From the NCBI GenBank assembly GCA_965279375.1, contig OZ257156.1, forward strand, positions 3,392,001-3,456,000: 64,000 nt of DNA. Direction: 5' to 3'. Numbering within the stretch: the first letter of the stretch is position 1; the number at the start of each line of letters is the position of its first letter. Of the stretch, positions 10,017 through 19,547 are shown piece after piece. The position numbers were made by a program, and so were the translations under genes. The stretch is from Gemmatimonas sp. (lineage in GTDB: Bacteria > Gemmatimonadota > Gemmatimonadetes > Gemmatimonadales > Gemmatimonadaceae). The notes below the pieces were generated by a model. It searched no databases. It was not told the DNA's origin and worked only from the letters and a program-made list of their open reading frames with translations.

Positions 10017-10958
10017 ATGCACGTCCTCACCCCGGTCGCTGAACGGGACATCGCCGCTCGTGAACTCGCGCTGCTCGCGAGGGCCACGCTCGACGAGCAT
10101 TGGGCGGTCTCCGCGATTCCCGCTGAACGTCGCGCGCTTCTCCTCGAGCGCGCTGACGCGGCTTCGCTCAGCCCAGGCGATGGCCTGGGTGAACCGATCG
10201 CTGATGGCCTCGCCCTCCTCGGTACCGCCTACGAGTTGGCGGCGCTCGGCCAGCTCGAGGCTGCGGTACAGCCGGTGCCCAATGCTGGTCGCGATCTCGC
10301 GCAGGCGGTCCTGGCGCTCGGTGCGGCTCGCGCCTTCCGATGTACCGCGGCGCTCCGCCCCCCCCTCGATGACCGTGAGTCGGCCGTAAAGTGGGCGCTC
10401 CGACTGGGCGCGCTGGCCGTGGTCTCCCGCCAAACCGAGAGCTACCTCAGATGGTGGGAGGTACGCACCGGTGTATCGGACGCGGTTCACCAAGCGGCGC
10501 AGGCGCTCGATGACCAACCCTGGGAACCCTACGCTCGAGGCACGCTCTGGATGGCTTGGCTTGGCCTGATCGGCGCGCCCGTGGGTGGGCTGGCCGATCA
10601 TGCCAACGACGACCTCGCGACGCTCACGGCGACGCGCAGTCGGCTCGCCGCCTTTCGCGAACGACGTAGCGACCACGAGGTGCCCGGGGATGGGCCCGTA
10701 CTCAATGCCGCGGCGCTGCGTGCCCGGATGACCGAGTTCGCGATCCGCCATCTCGCCGACGCCACGGAGCTCCTCACGGTCGCCGTGTTGCGGCGCACGC
10801 TCCCCGATGTCTCGGCCGAGTTCAAACTGCATCTGAGCGCGGCGCGCTCCGCCCTTGCTGGCGATCACGGACAGGATCTCCTCCTGGCGTGGTTACAGGC
10901 GGCGGGCGTTACGCTGGCCGGCGGCGTGACCGCGCAGCTCGAACTCCCAGGATTCTAG
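10017..10958 (+). CDS. all-helical hypothetical protein with C-terminal QLELPGF motif
   Basis: 313 aa ORF with strong RBS GAGGAGG; no catalytic motif recognised. Confidence 0.75.
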   Translation: MHVLTPVAERDIAARELALLARATLDEHWAVSAIPAERRALLLERADAASLSPGDGLGEPIADGLALLGTAYELAALGQLEAAVQPVPNAGRDLAQAVLALGAARAFRCTAALRPPLDDRESAVKWALRLGALAVVSRQTESYLRWWEVRTGVSDAVHQAAQALDDQPWEPYARGTLWMAWLGLIGAPVGGLADHANDDLATLTATRSRLAAFRERRSDHEVPGDGPVLNAAALRARMTEFAIRHLADATELLTVAVLRRTLPDVSAEFKLHLSAARSALAGDHGQDLLLAWLQAAGVTLAGGVTAQLELPGF

Positions 10959-11301
10959 TCCGACCTGTCCGGTCGGCACCGTTGGCCCGCCACACCCGAA
11001 ACACCGTGCGTCCGGTGCTTCCTACCGGGAAGGGCACACGCCCACCCCCGATCGGCGTGATCCCCGACAGCCTCTCCCCCATGGCGCGACGCTCGGCTTC
11101 GTCGAAGACGGACTCGGTCGCGGGCGACTCGAAACGCCACCACGACGCCGACTCCGCCTGCCCGACGCGCACTACATAAGAGTCGTCCGCGGCCCAAAAC
11201 GCCGAGATGCACGAATCCACATCGCCGAATGCCATCGGCAAAGATGTGAGGGGCGCTGGCTCGAGTGAGCCGATCGGTGCTGCGCAGGGGACCGCATTCA
11301 T
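10909..11301 (-). CDS. hypothetical protein
   Basis: 130 aa ORF; 3' end overlaps the convergent gene; no family recognised. Confidence 0.35.
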   Translation of the reverse strand: MNAVPCAAPIGSLEPAPLTSLPMAFGDVDSCISAFWAADDSYVVRVGQAESASWWRFESPATESVFDEAERRAMGERLSGITPIGGGRVPFPVGSTGRTVFRVWRANGADRTGRTRILGVRAARSRRRPA

Positions 11302-11406
11302 GGCGAAAAGACGGCGGAGGAAACCTGAATCGTACAGAGAGCCGTTACGTGGCGGGCGGTGATGTTATGACGATCCGAGCGTCCACGCAATACGAGTGAA
11401 CTCGTC

Positions 11407-11563
11407 TAAGTTGTTGACAGCATTGTGGATATGCGTTGGAAATGATGTGGAAAAGCAGGTAAGCCGTGTTCCCGCCGCAGCCTGCGGGCTGCTTGGCTGT
11501 GGAAAAGCAGGTCCGTGACGCCCCCTCGTTTAGGGTCCGGACGGCTGGAATTGTCCACAATGC
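11407..11563. promoter_or_regulatory. DnaA-box cluster with IHF-like site (candidate oriC or DnaA-regulatory locus)
   Basis: TGTGGAAAA at 11446 and 11498 (= TTTTCCACA), TGTGGATAT at 11424, TTGTCCACA at 11551, and IHF-like TAAGTTGTTGACA at 11407; locally AT-richer non-coding DNA. Confidence 0.55.
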
Positions 11564-11736
11564 ACCCAATCACAAAAATGCTCTATGCAGGTTTGCAAAC
11601 ACGACCTGCGGCTCGCCGCGAGGTGCGCGCGATGTAACGGGAGGCGACCGCAGCGCGCCAGAATTGCCCATGGCGGCAGGCGCGGCGATTCATCATTGTC
11701 TGTCCAGCACGAACGCCCCCTTTTCTGGAGCCGAGA

Positions 11737-12663
11737 TTGTCGATCGAACCACGCATCGGATTGCTCGTAGGCCGGGAATGGTCCTTCCCGCCTGCCTTTC
11801 TGGATGCGGTCGCACGCCGTCAGTCCGGCGTCGTGGCCGACTACATCAAACTCGACGCAACGCGTATGGCGCAGCCGGTGCCGTACACGCTGATCATTGA
11901 CCGCATTTCACACGAAGTCGGGTTCTATCGGACGTTCCTGAAGCACGCCACGCGCATGGGCGTCACGGTCGTCAACAACCCCTTCATGTGGTCGGCGGAC
12001 GACAAGTTCTACGATGCGACCATGGCGACGCAGCAGGGCGTCGCGCACCCGAAGACGATGGTGCTCCCCAACAAGGACTACATCCCGGGCATCTCGCACT
12101 CGGAGTCGTTGCGCAACCTCGCCTACCCGCTCGACTGGCAGAGTGTCGCTGAGCACATCGGATTCCCGTGCGTGCTCAAGGACGCGCACGGCGGCGGCTG
12201 GCGCGACGTGTACGTCTGCCACTCGATGGAAGAACTGCTCAAGCACTACAACACGAGCGGCCTGCTGACGATGGTCGTGCAGGAGTTCATCAAGTGGGAT
12301 CAGTATGTGCGCTGCATGGTGTTGGGGCGCGATCAGGTGCTGCCCATGCCGTACGATCCGGGGCAGCGTCGCTACATCCCTGACCCGGGCTACCTCTCCA
12401 AGGAGGTCGAGGCGCGGTGCATCAAGGACTCGCTGACACTGTGCCGCAACCTCGGCTACGACATGAACACCGTGGAGTTCGCGGTGAAGGATGGCATTCC
12501 CTACGCCATCGATTTCATGAACCCGGCGCCGGACATGGATATCAACTCGCTCACGCCGGCCTACTTCGAGTGGGTGGTGGAGCACATGGCTGATCTGGCG
12601 ATCAAGCTCGCCACCGCGCCGCGTCCGGCCGCGCCGGACGGGCCTGTGATCGGCCCGCTCTAA
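11737..12663 (+). CDS. RimK/glutathione-synthetase-like ATP-grasp ligase
   Basis: IIDRISH, NNPF..DDKF, FPCVLKDAHGGGWRDV, VVQEFI and EFAVKDGIPYAIDFMNPAPD ATP-grasp motifs. Confidence 0.88.
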   Translation: MSIEPRIGLLVGREWSFPPAFLDAVARRQSGVVADYIKLDATRMAQPVPYTLIIDRISHEVGFYRTFLKHATRMGVTVVNNPFMWSADDKFYDATMATQQGVAHPKTMVLPNKDYIPGISHSESLRNLAYPLDWQSVAEHIGFPCVLKDAHGGGWRDVYVCHSMEELLKHYNTSGLLTMVVQEFIKWDQYVRCMVLGRDQVLPMPYDPGQRRYIPDPGYLSKEVEARCIKDSLTLCRNLGYDMNTVEFAVKDGIPYAIDFMNPAPDMDINSLTPAYFEWVVEHMADLAIKLATAPRPAAPDGPVIGPL

Positions 12664-12676
12664 GGGGTTCGAGGAG

Positions 12677-14029
12677 ATGCTTTCGGGCGCCATCGAGCGC
12701 TACCACCACGGGCTGGAGCAGCCGGATATCGCGGCGGCCTCCGCTGAAGTCATGGAGCGGCAGCTTCGCAGTCAGGGGCTGTTCTTTGGCGACCGCGCGC
12801 TCTGTAGCGTGCTGCGACCGCGCTTCCTGTCGCACGGCGAATACCGCCACATTGCGCGCGCCTGCGCGCTGGTCGGCTCGGCGTTCGAATCAGTGCGCGT
12901 GGCCGCGATGCGCGACAGCGCTCTACGCGCCCAGTTCGGCCTGACCGACTGGGAGGAGCGCCTCATCCATGCCGATCCCGGTTTCGCCGCCGCCAGTCCG
13001 ACCTCTCGACTCGACGCGTTTTTCGCCCCCGGCGCAGATGGGCTCAAGTTCACGGAGTACAACGCGGAAACGCCCGCGGGTGGCGCCTACAACGACGCCC
13101 TGAGTCGCGCGTTCCTTGCGCTGCCGGCGATGCACGCGTTCTCGCGCACCCACGCCGTCTTCCCGATTCCAGCCGCACCGTCGATCGTCCACACGCTCCT
13201 CAACGCGTTCTATCAGTGGCGCGGAGTGCGAGAGGCGCCTTCGATTTGCATCCTCGACTGGGCCGAAGTCCCGACCCGCAGCGAATTCGTGCTCTTCGAG
13301 CAGGAATTCCACGCCCTCGGTATCGATGCCTTCATCGGCGATCCGCGCGACGCCACCTACGAGGGCGGTGTGCTGCGCGTAGGCGGAGAGCCGGTCACGT
13401 TGATCTACAAGCGAGTGCTCATCGACGAGCTGGTGACGCGCGCCGGACTGGATTCGCCTGTGGTGCGCGCCGTGCAGGACGGCGCCGTGTGCATGGTCAA
13501 CCCGTTCCGCTGCAAGCTGTTGCACAAGAAGGCCTCGCTCGCGGTGGTCAGCGACGAGCGACAGGCGCACCTGCTCTCCGATGCGGAGCGCCGCGCAGTT
13601 GCCGCGCATGTCCCGTGGACTCGTCTGGTCGAGGAACGCGAGACCGAGCGAGACGAAGAGTCGGTGGACTTGGTGCCGTGGATCGCGGCCAACCGCGAAC
13701 GCCTGGTGCTCAAGCCGAACGACGAGTACGGCGGGAAGGGGATCGTGCTGGGGTGGACGGTGGACGACAGCACGTGGCAGGCGGCCATCCAGACTGCGTT
13801 GGCTGAACCGCACATCGTGCAGGAACGGGTCGTCGTGCCGAGCGAGCTGTGGCCGGCGTTCGCGGACGGGGCATTGCATCTGGGTGAGCGCATGCTGGAC
13901 ACGGCACCGTTCCTTGTGGACGGTGTTACGGTGACCGGTGTGCTTACGCGGATTGCGACCGATCCTCTACTGAACGTGACCGCCGGTGGCGGTTCGAACG
14001 TGCCGACCTTTCTCGTGGAGGAGCGCTGA
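12677..14029 (+). CDS. circularly permuted ATP-grasp family protein (type 2)
   Basis: SRLDAF..LKFTEYNAETPAG at the N-terminus; LIYKR, HKKASLA, HVPWTR, LVLKPNDEYGGKGIVLG and LLNVTAGGG. Confidence 0.85.
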   Translation: MLSGAIERYHHGLEQPDIAAASAEVMERQLRSQGLFFGDRALCSVLRPRFLSHGEYRHIARACALVGSAFESVRVAAMRDSALRAQFGLTDWEERLIHADPGFAAASPTSRLDAFFAPGADGLKFTEYNAETPAGGAYNDALSRAFLALPAMHAFSRTHAVFPIPAAPSIVHTLLNAFYQWRGVREAPSICILDWAEVPTRSEFVLFEQEFHALGIDAFIGDPRDATYEGGVLRVGGEPVTLIYKRVLIDELVTRAGLDSPVVRAVQDGAVCMVNPFRCKLLHKKASLAVVSDERQAHLLSDAERRAVAAHVPWTRLVEERETERDEESVDLVPWIAANRERLVLKPNDEYGGKGIVLGWTVDDSTWQAAIQTALAEPHIVQERVVVPSELWPAFADGALHLGERMLDTAPFLVDGVTVTGVLTRIATDPLLNVTAGGGSNVPTFLVEER

Positions 14030-14814
14030 TGTCTGCGCTACGACGCCCGGTCATCGGGCTGACAACACAAACGCTGCATTCCATCGATGGCATTCCCCCC
14101 GGGCTCCCATCGTCGTGGGTGATGAACCAGCGCTACTTCCTTGCGGCCACCATGGTGGGCGCTGTGCCGTGGATGATTCCGTTGCTCGATGACGATATCC
14201 ACACGCTGCGCGAAATCTACGAGCGGCTGGACGGCATCCTGATTCCGGGCGGCGTGGACATCAGTCCACGCGAGTACGGCGAGGAGATCCGACCGGAATG
14301 TGGAAATCTTGATCCCGCACGAGATCGTGTTGAGCTACAGCTCGTTCGCTGGGCCATCGAGGACGGCAAGCCCGTACTTGGGCTGTGCCGCGGTTTGCAG
14401 GTCATCAACGTCGCGTCGGGTGGATCGCTCTGGCAGGATCTCGCCTCACAAAACGGCTCATTCCACAAGCACGACTACTTCCCAACGGCCGGGTACGAGC
14501 GCGATCATCTGGCGCATGAGGTCGAGCTCGTGCGCGGCACGCGTCTGGCAGAGTTGATGGAGTCGGCAAGTGTGCCCGTGAACAGCATGCATCACCAAGG
14601 GGTGAAGCAGCTTGGACGCGAGTTGGTGGTGTCGGCCACTGCGCCTGATGGGCTGATCGAGGCGTTGGAAGGCGCGGACCACAGCTTCCTGGTGGGCGTC
14701 CAGTGGCATCCTGAGGTGTTCGAAATGGCGGACCCGCATGCGCGGCACCTCTTCGGCAGCTTCATTCGTGCGGCAAGCGAATGGCGTGCGTCCGAGGAGT
14801 CCGGGCGGGTCTAG
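14029..14814 (+). CDS. gamma-glutamyl-gamma-aminobutyrate hydrolase-like class I glutamine amidotransferase (peptidase C26)
   Basis: DGILIPGGVD, LGLCRGLQ (catalytic Cys), VNSMHHQ and GVQWHPE. Confidence 0.92.
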   Translation: MSALRRPVIGLTTQTLHSIDGIPPGLPSSWVMNQRYFLAATMVGAVPWMIPLLDDDIHTLREIYERLDGILIPGGVDISPREYGEEIRPECGNLDPARDRVELQLVRWAIEDGKPVLGLCRGLQVINVASGGSLWQDLASQNGSFHKHDYFPTAGYERDHLAHEVELVRGTRLAELMESASVPVNSMHHQGVKQLGRELVVSATAPDGLIEALEGADHSFLVGVQWHPEVFEMADPHARHLFGSFIRAASEWRASEESGRV

Positions 14815-14858
14815 GATCGCGCGGTGATCGGTTCGGCCCGATGGGGCCGGGAGGGGTG

Positions 14859-16085
14859 ATGCGGGGGCCGAGCCTGACAGTGGGAATCGAGGAGGAGTAT
14901 CAGATCATCGATCCGGTGACGCGTGATCTCACGCCCGGGTTTGATGCACTGATGTCCAGTGACGCGGCCGTGTTGGCCGACGCCAAGGCGGAGCTGCACC
15001 AGTGTCAGGTGGAGATCGGCACCAAGGTGTGCGGGTCGATCGCCGAGCTACGCACCGAGCTGACCAAGCTTCGTGGCCTCGTCATCAAGGCGGCCTCTCA
15101 GCACGGGCTGACGATCGCGTCGGCGGGGACGCATCCGTTTTCCAACTGGATGAACCAGGAGATGACGCCCAAGGAGCGGTACTTGGGTGTGAAGGCGGAG
15201 CTGCAGGATCTCGCGCATCGGCTGCTGATTTTCGGCACGCACGTGCACGTCGGCATCGAGGATCCGGAGTTTCGCATCGACTGTCTGAACGCCTGTCGAT
15301 ACCTGCTGCCTCACGTTTTGTGTTTGTCCACAAGCTCGCCGTTCTGGTTTGGACGCAACACCGGGCTGCACTCCTACCGCAGCATCGTCTTCAAGAATTT
15401 CCCCCGCACCGGTGTGCCGCGCATCCTGAACGGGTGGAGTGATTTCGCCGAGCTGACGGACACGTTGGTCAAGACGAAGAGCATTCCGGACGGATCGAAG
15501 ATCTGGTGGGATGTGCGCCCGCATCATTTGTATCCGACGCTCGAGTTCCGCATTTGCGACGTGAACACGCGCGTGGACGAGGCGATCTGCGTGGCGGCGT
15601 TGCTGCAGGCCGTGGTGGCCAAGATGTGGAAGCTGCGTCGAGACAACATGAGCTATCGCGTGTACGCCTCCGATCTCATCGAAGAGAACAAGTGGCGTGC
15701 TGTTCGATGGGGGCTGGGCGGCAAGCTGATCGACTTCGGCAAGAAGGAAGAGATGCCCGCGCCGGTGCTCATTCGCGAGCTGATCGAGTGGTTCCTCGAT
15801 GACGTGCTGGACGAGCTGGGCACGCGCAAGGAAGTGGAGTACGCGTTTCACATCATGGAGCACGGCTCGAGCGCGCAGCGTCAGCTGGCCACCTATGCGC
15901 GAACGGGCGATCTGCGCGCGGTGGTCGATCAGCTGATTCGCGAGACAGCGGAAGGGGTCTGTGAGCCCACGCTCGGACCGGCGCTCAACCTCGTGGATTC
16001 GCCGCTGCTGGCGGGCGCGGAAGGGACGATCTCCGTGCCCTCCAATCGTCCGACTGGCGCCGTTCGAGGACAATCAGTGCCCTGA
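14859..16085 (+). CDS. carboxylate-amine ligase (YbdK / glutamate-cysteine ligase GCS2 family)
   Basis: TVGIEEEYQIID, GTHPFS, FGTHVHVG, SSPFW and WWDVRP..TLEFRICD. Confidence 0.92.
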   Translation: MRGPSLTVGIEEEYQIIDPVTRDLTPGFDALMSSDAAVLADAKAELHQCQVEIGTKVCGSIAELRTELTKLRGLVIKAASQHGLTIASAGTHPFSNWMNQEMTPKERYLGVKAELQDLAHRLLIFGTHVHVGIEDPEFRIDCLNACRYLLPHVLCLSTSSPFWFGRNTGLHSYRSIVFKNFPRTGVPRILNGWSDFAELTDTLVKTKSIPDGSKIWWDVRPHHLYPTLEFRICDVNTRVDEAICVAALLQAVVAKMWKLRRDNMSYRVYASDLIEENKWRAVRWGLGGKLIDFGKKEEMPAPVLIRELIEWFLDDVLDELGTRKEVEYAFHIMEHGSSAQRQLATYARTGDLRAVVDQLIRETAEGVCEPTLGPALNLVDSPLLAGAEGTISVPSNRPTGAVRGQSVP

Positions 16086-16228
16086 GGGCCCGGTCCGAGA
16101 AGAAGTGCGGAGGGGTACTAGGGAGAAGTACCAATGCAGTCGTGGTGAGACGAGGACTAGCCTGCACGTGCGTTCGATCCCGAGCGCCAATGCATGCTGG
16201 TCCTTTTCGTTTCCCCGTCTTCCCGCTC

Positions 16229-17320
16229 ATGTCCGTGTCTTCGCGTTTCTCTGGCCGCGCGCGCTTCGCGCTGTCGCTCTCCCTGTTTGCGTTTGGTGCC
16301 GTTGCCTGCTCTGAAGGGCAAGCTGATCCCACGGGTCCGACCACCGGAACCCCGGAAGCCGCGATCAATCAGGTGGTCACGTTTGGTCCGCTGAACGCCA
16401 GCAGCACTGATACGCTGGTCTACTTCAGCTTTGCCATTGGCGGCCTCGTCGCACGTAGCGGCGATTGGGACCTTGCGTTTCGTCGCTACGAGCTGCGCCT
16501 GAACAGCCCCGCGATCGGCGGTGCGACAAGCAAAAACGTGCTGGGCTACGCACTCGACAACAACAAAGCGGCGACGGACGCGCAGGTGTTGGCCTTCACG
16601 CCGGCGAACACGTTGGCGCCGTTCGACAGCCTGCGCGCTGCGCGCGTTCCCGCCGACACCCTGTTCCAGACCGATCGATTGGCGGTGAATCCGCAGGCGC
16701 ACCTCAACCTTGGCGGGTTCCCGACGGCGAACGCGGCGAATTATTGGAAAGTGCGTCGCGCGGACGGCGGGTATGCCGTGGTTCGGACGACCGCGATTTC
16801 CTTCACGCAGCAGCGGGCGGTTCAGTCGATCACATTCGAGATCCGCGCACAGGTTGGCGCGACCCTTGGTGCACCGCAGACGCTCGTGCTGACTCCGGCG
16901 GGACAGACGACGTCGTTCTCTCTGAGCACGGCCAGCGTGGTGGCATCACCGGCCGGATGCAACTGGGATTTGCGCTTCGATCCAAATCCGACAGTGCTCG
17001 GCGTCGAGGTGAACAGTGGCTGCTCGGCGGGGACTTACCCGGGGCCCGCGTCGCCAACGTTCGCGAACGCCACCGTGGCGAACGATGCGCCGCAGTATGC
17101 GAGCTATCTGTCGCAGCTGGTCGGCCCGATCCCCAACTCGGTCGTCGACAAGAGTGCTCCGTTCCGCTACAACCTGACGGGGACGGATCGGTTGCACCCG
17201 GCATTCAACACCTATCTCGTGAAGAGCGGTACGAAGGTGTTCAAGGTGCAGGTGACGGACTATTACAGCAACACCGGCGCGCCCGGCTTCCCGACGATTC
17301 GCTACGCGCGCATTCGGTGA
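16229..17320 (+). CDS. HmuY-family lipoprotein
   Basis: Lipobox AVAC; DWDLAFRRYELRLN and a second NWDLRF; C-terminal YLVK..FKVQVTDYY..GFPTIRY typical of HmuY. Confidence 0.8.
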   Translation: MSVSSRFSGRARFALSLSLFAFGAVACSEGQADPTGPTTGTPEAAINQVVTFGPLNASSTDTLVYFSFAIGGLVARSGDWDLAFRRYELRLNSPAIGGATSKNVLGYALDNNKAATDAQVLAFTPANTLAPFDSLRAARVPADTLFQTDRLAVNPQAHLNLGGFPTANAANYWKVRRADGGYAVVRTTAISFTQQRAVQSITFEIRAQVGATLGAPQTLVLTPAGQTTSFSLSTASVVASPAGCNWDLRFDPNPTVLGVEVNSGCSAGTYPGPASPTFANATVANDAPQYASYLSQLVGPIPNSVVDKSAPFRYNLTGTDRLHPAFNTYLVKSGTKVFKVQVTDYYSNTGAPGFPTIRYARIR

Positions 17321-17327
17321 GGCGGCT

Positions 17328-19547
17328 TTGATGAAAGCGGCAAAGGGTCCGCTGGTGGCTCGTGCTCGTCGCTCGCTGGCGCTGCTGTTCTGGGCGCCGG
17401 CGTTTGTCGTTGGCGCCACTCGCACACAGGCGCAGTCGGCGCAGTCAACAATCGCTGCGTCGAATGCTGCGGCTTTCACGGTGGAGGGGCGCGTGACGGG
17501 GCGAAGCGATGCGGCGCCAGTGCTGGCCGCAGTGGTGCGCGTGTCTGGACTCGATTCGCGTACACGCAGCGATGAGACGGGAACGTTTCGCATCGTCGCA
17601 CGACTGGGCGACACGGTGCATGTGAGTGCCCTGGGCTTTCACGAATTGCGCACTGTCGTGCGCGGCGCGCGAATGGAAGTGCGGCTGGAGGCATTGCCGA
17701 CCGTACTGCCCGTGTTCACCACCACGATGGGGCAGCGCGTCATTCGCGCCAGTGAATCGCCACGCAGCGTGACGGTGCTCGACCGCCGCGAGATCGATGC
17801 GACAGCGGCAATCTCGGCGAATCAGTTGCTGCGTCAGGTGCCCGGCCTGCAGGAGCTTCCATCGCCGCCTTCCAAGACCTCGATCTCGATTCGTGGGTTC
17901 GATGACTCGCGCGTGCTCGTGCTGGTGGATGGCGAGCCTGTGTCGGGGGCGCTGATCGAGAGCCGAGATATCGGACGGTTGTCGACGATCGCGACAGAGC
18001 GCATCGAAGTGACGAAGGGTCCGTCGAGCGTGGAGTTCGGCAGCGATGCGTTGGGCGGGGTGATCAACATCGTGCAGGCCGCGCCGACATCGCGGCTCAC
18101 GGTGGACGGGATGGCGCGCGCCGGTGGATTGGGGCGGCAGGAGTCCACGCTGGGCGTGAGTCAGACGGTGGGTGCATTCGGCTTTCGGCTGAATGGTGGG
18201 TGGCGACAGTCGGACCGCGTGACCGGCTATAACGCCGCCGGCTCGACGTTCAACCGCATCTACGATCTCCGCGGCGACTTCCGCTATCGGATTTCGTCGC
18301 GGCTCTCTCTGCGGATGGATCTGCAGGGTTCGCAGGAGCGGCAGCGCTTTCCAGTGGACGCGCAGTTCAACGGCTTCATCGACAATCGCGGTGGGCAAGG
18401 GTTTGTGGAGGCGCAGGCTTCGGTGCTGGGCGGCAGTCTGCGCGCGCGCGCGTTCGAGCAGCGCTTCACCTACGAGTATCGTCAGTCGCGAGGGCTTCTG
18501 CCCATTCGAGGATCCGCGGATTCGCTCGAGCAGCGTGAACGGCAGGGGCGGTACCTGCTCGCGTTCACTCGCGTGTTGGGTGGCCACGCGATCGATCTGG
18601 GGGTGCAGCGCTCCGAGCGAACACTCGTGGCGCCCAAGAAAGTGGATGGCGACAGCGCCCGCGATCACGTCACGGAAGTGTTCGCCCGAGATGCTTGGAC
18701 CGCGGGCCCCGTGCAGTTCACCGTGGGTGCACGCCATAGTGCCAGCGCGTTGTGGGGAAGCAGCACGAACCCGTCGGTGGGGTTGGCGTGGCAGCTATCG
18801 CCCGCATGGCGCCTGCGCAGCAACGTGGCGCGAGGCTTCCGCGCGCCGGGCTTCAAGGAGATCCGCTACACCTTCTTCAATCCGGCGGGAGGATACACGC
18901 TGGTGGGTAACGCCGCGTTGCTTCCGGAATCGTCGGTGAGCGGAACCCTTGGCGCGACGTGGGCACCGTCAGCCTCGCTGTCGATCGATGTGGAAGGGTA
19001 TCGCAACGACGTGGACGACTTGATCGACTGGCGTTTCCAGGGCAACAACCCGGCGGGCTATCAGGTCTACAAGAATGTGAACGTTGCGCGCGCACGCACG
19101 CAGGGGATCGAGAGCAACGTGCACGTTGTCCGGGGGGCCACGGAGCTGTCGCTGGGCTACGACTTCCTGCGCGCGCGCGATCTTGGCACGGGCGTGCCGC
19201 TAAGCCGCCGGGCGACGCATACGGCGCGCGCGCGTGTGGCACGCGAGTGGGCGGTGCGGAGCGGAATGACCACCGACCTCTCGGCGCGCTATACCGGCAA
19301 CGCGCCGCTAGTCGGCATCCCCAGTGGCGCCCCGATCACCGGCGCCTTTTCCACCGAGTCGGGCGTGATCGGCCGGCAGGGGGCGTTGCTGTCCGTAGAC
19401 GCGCAGTGGCGCCTGGCGTTGATCAATGGCGCGGAGTTGTCGGCCGGTGTGAACAATCTGCTCGATCAGCGCCCGGCGCTGTGGACGCCGGCGTTCGCGC
19501 GTCAGTTCTACGCGGGAGTGCGGTTGCGCTGGGCGGGGCGGCAGTAG
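17328..19547 (+). CDS. TonB-dependent receptor (HmuR/CirA-like)
   Basis: Plug motifs LLRQVPG, SIRG, VLVLVDGEP and ERIEVTKGPSSVEFGSDALGGVINI; GFRAP; GVNNLLD near the C-terminus; start 17328 or 17331. Confidence 0.93.
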   Translation: MMKAAKGPLVARARRSLALLFWAPAFVVGATRTQAQSAQSTIAASNAAAFTVEGRVTGRSDAAPVLAAVVRVSGLDSRTRSDETGTFRIVARLGDTVHVSALGFHELRTVVRGARMEVRLEALPTVLPVFTTTMGQRVIRASESPRSVTVLDRREIDATAAISANQLLRQVPGLQELPSPPSKTSISIRGFDDSRVLVLVDGEPVSGALIESRDIGRLSTIATERIEVTKGPSSVEFGSDALGGVINIVQAAPTSRLTVDGMARAGGLGRQESTLGVSQTVGAFGFRLNGGWRQSDRVTGYNAAGSTFNRIYDLRGDFRYRISSRLSLRMDLQGSQERQRFPVDAQFNGFIDNRGGQGFVEAQASVLGGSLRARAFEQRFTYEYRQSRGLLPIRGSADSLEQRERQGRYLLAFTRVLGGHAIDLGVQRSERTLVAPKKVDGDSARDHVTEVFARDAWTAGPVQFTVGARHSASALWGSSTNPSVGLAWQLSPAWRLRSNVARGFRAPGFKEIRYTFFNPAGGYTLVGNAALLPESSVSGTLGATWAPSASLSIDVEGYRNDVDDLIDWRFQGNNPAGYQVYKNVNVARARTQGIESNVHVVRGATELSLGYDFLRARDLGTGVPLSRRATHTARARVAREWAVRSGMTTDLSARYTGNAPLVGIPSGAPITGAFSTESGVIGRQGALLSVDAQWRLALINGAELSAGVNNLLDQRPALWTPAFARQFYAGVRLRWAGRQ

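Noticed and set aside
11446..11512. 15 bp direct repeat considered as a CRISPR remnant
   Set aside because: Only two short copies and no cas genes; better explained as DnaA boxes
16086..16228. Cobalamin riboswitch or Fur box upstream of the HmuY/TonB pair
   Set aside because: No B12-box elements and no GATAATGATAATCATTATC-like match seen
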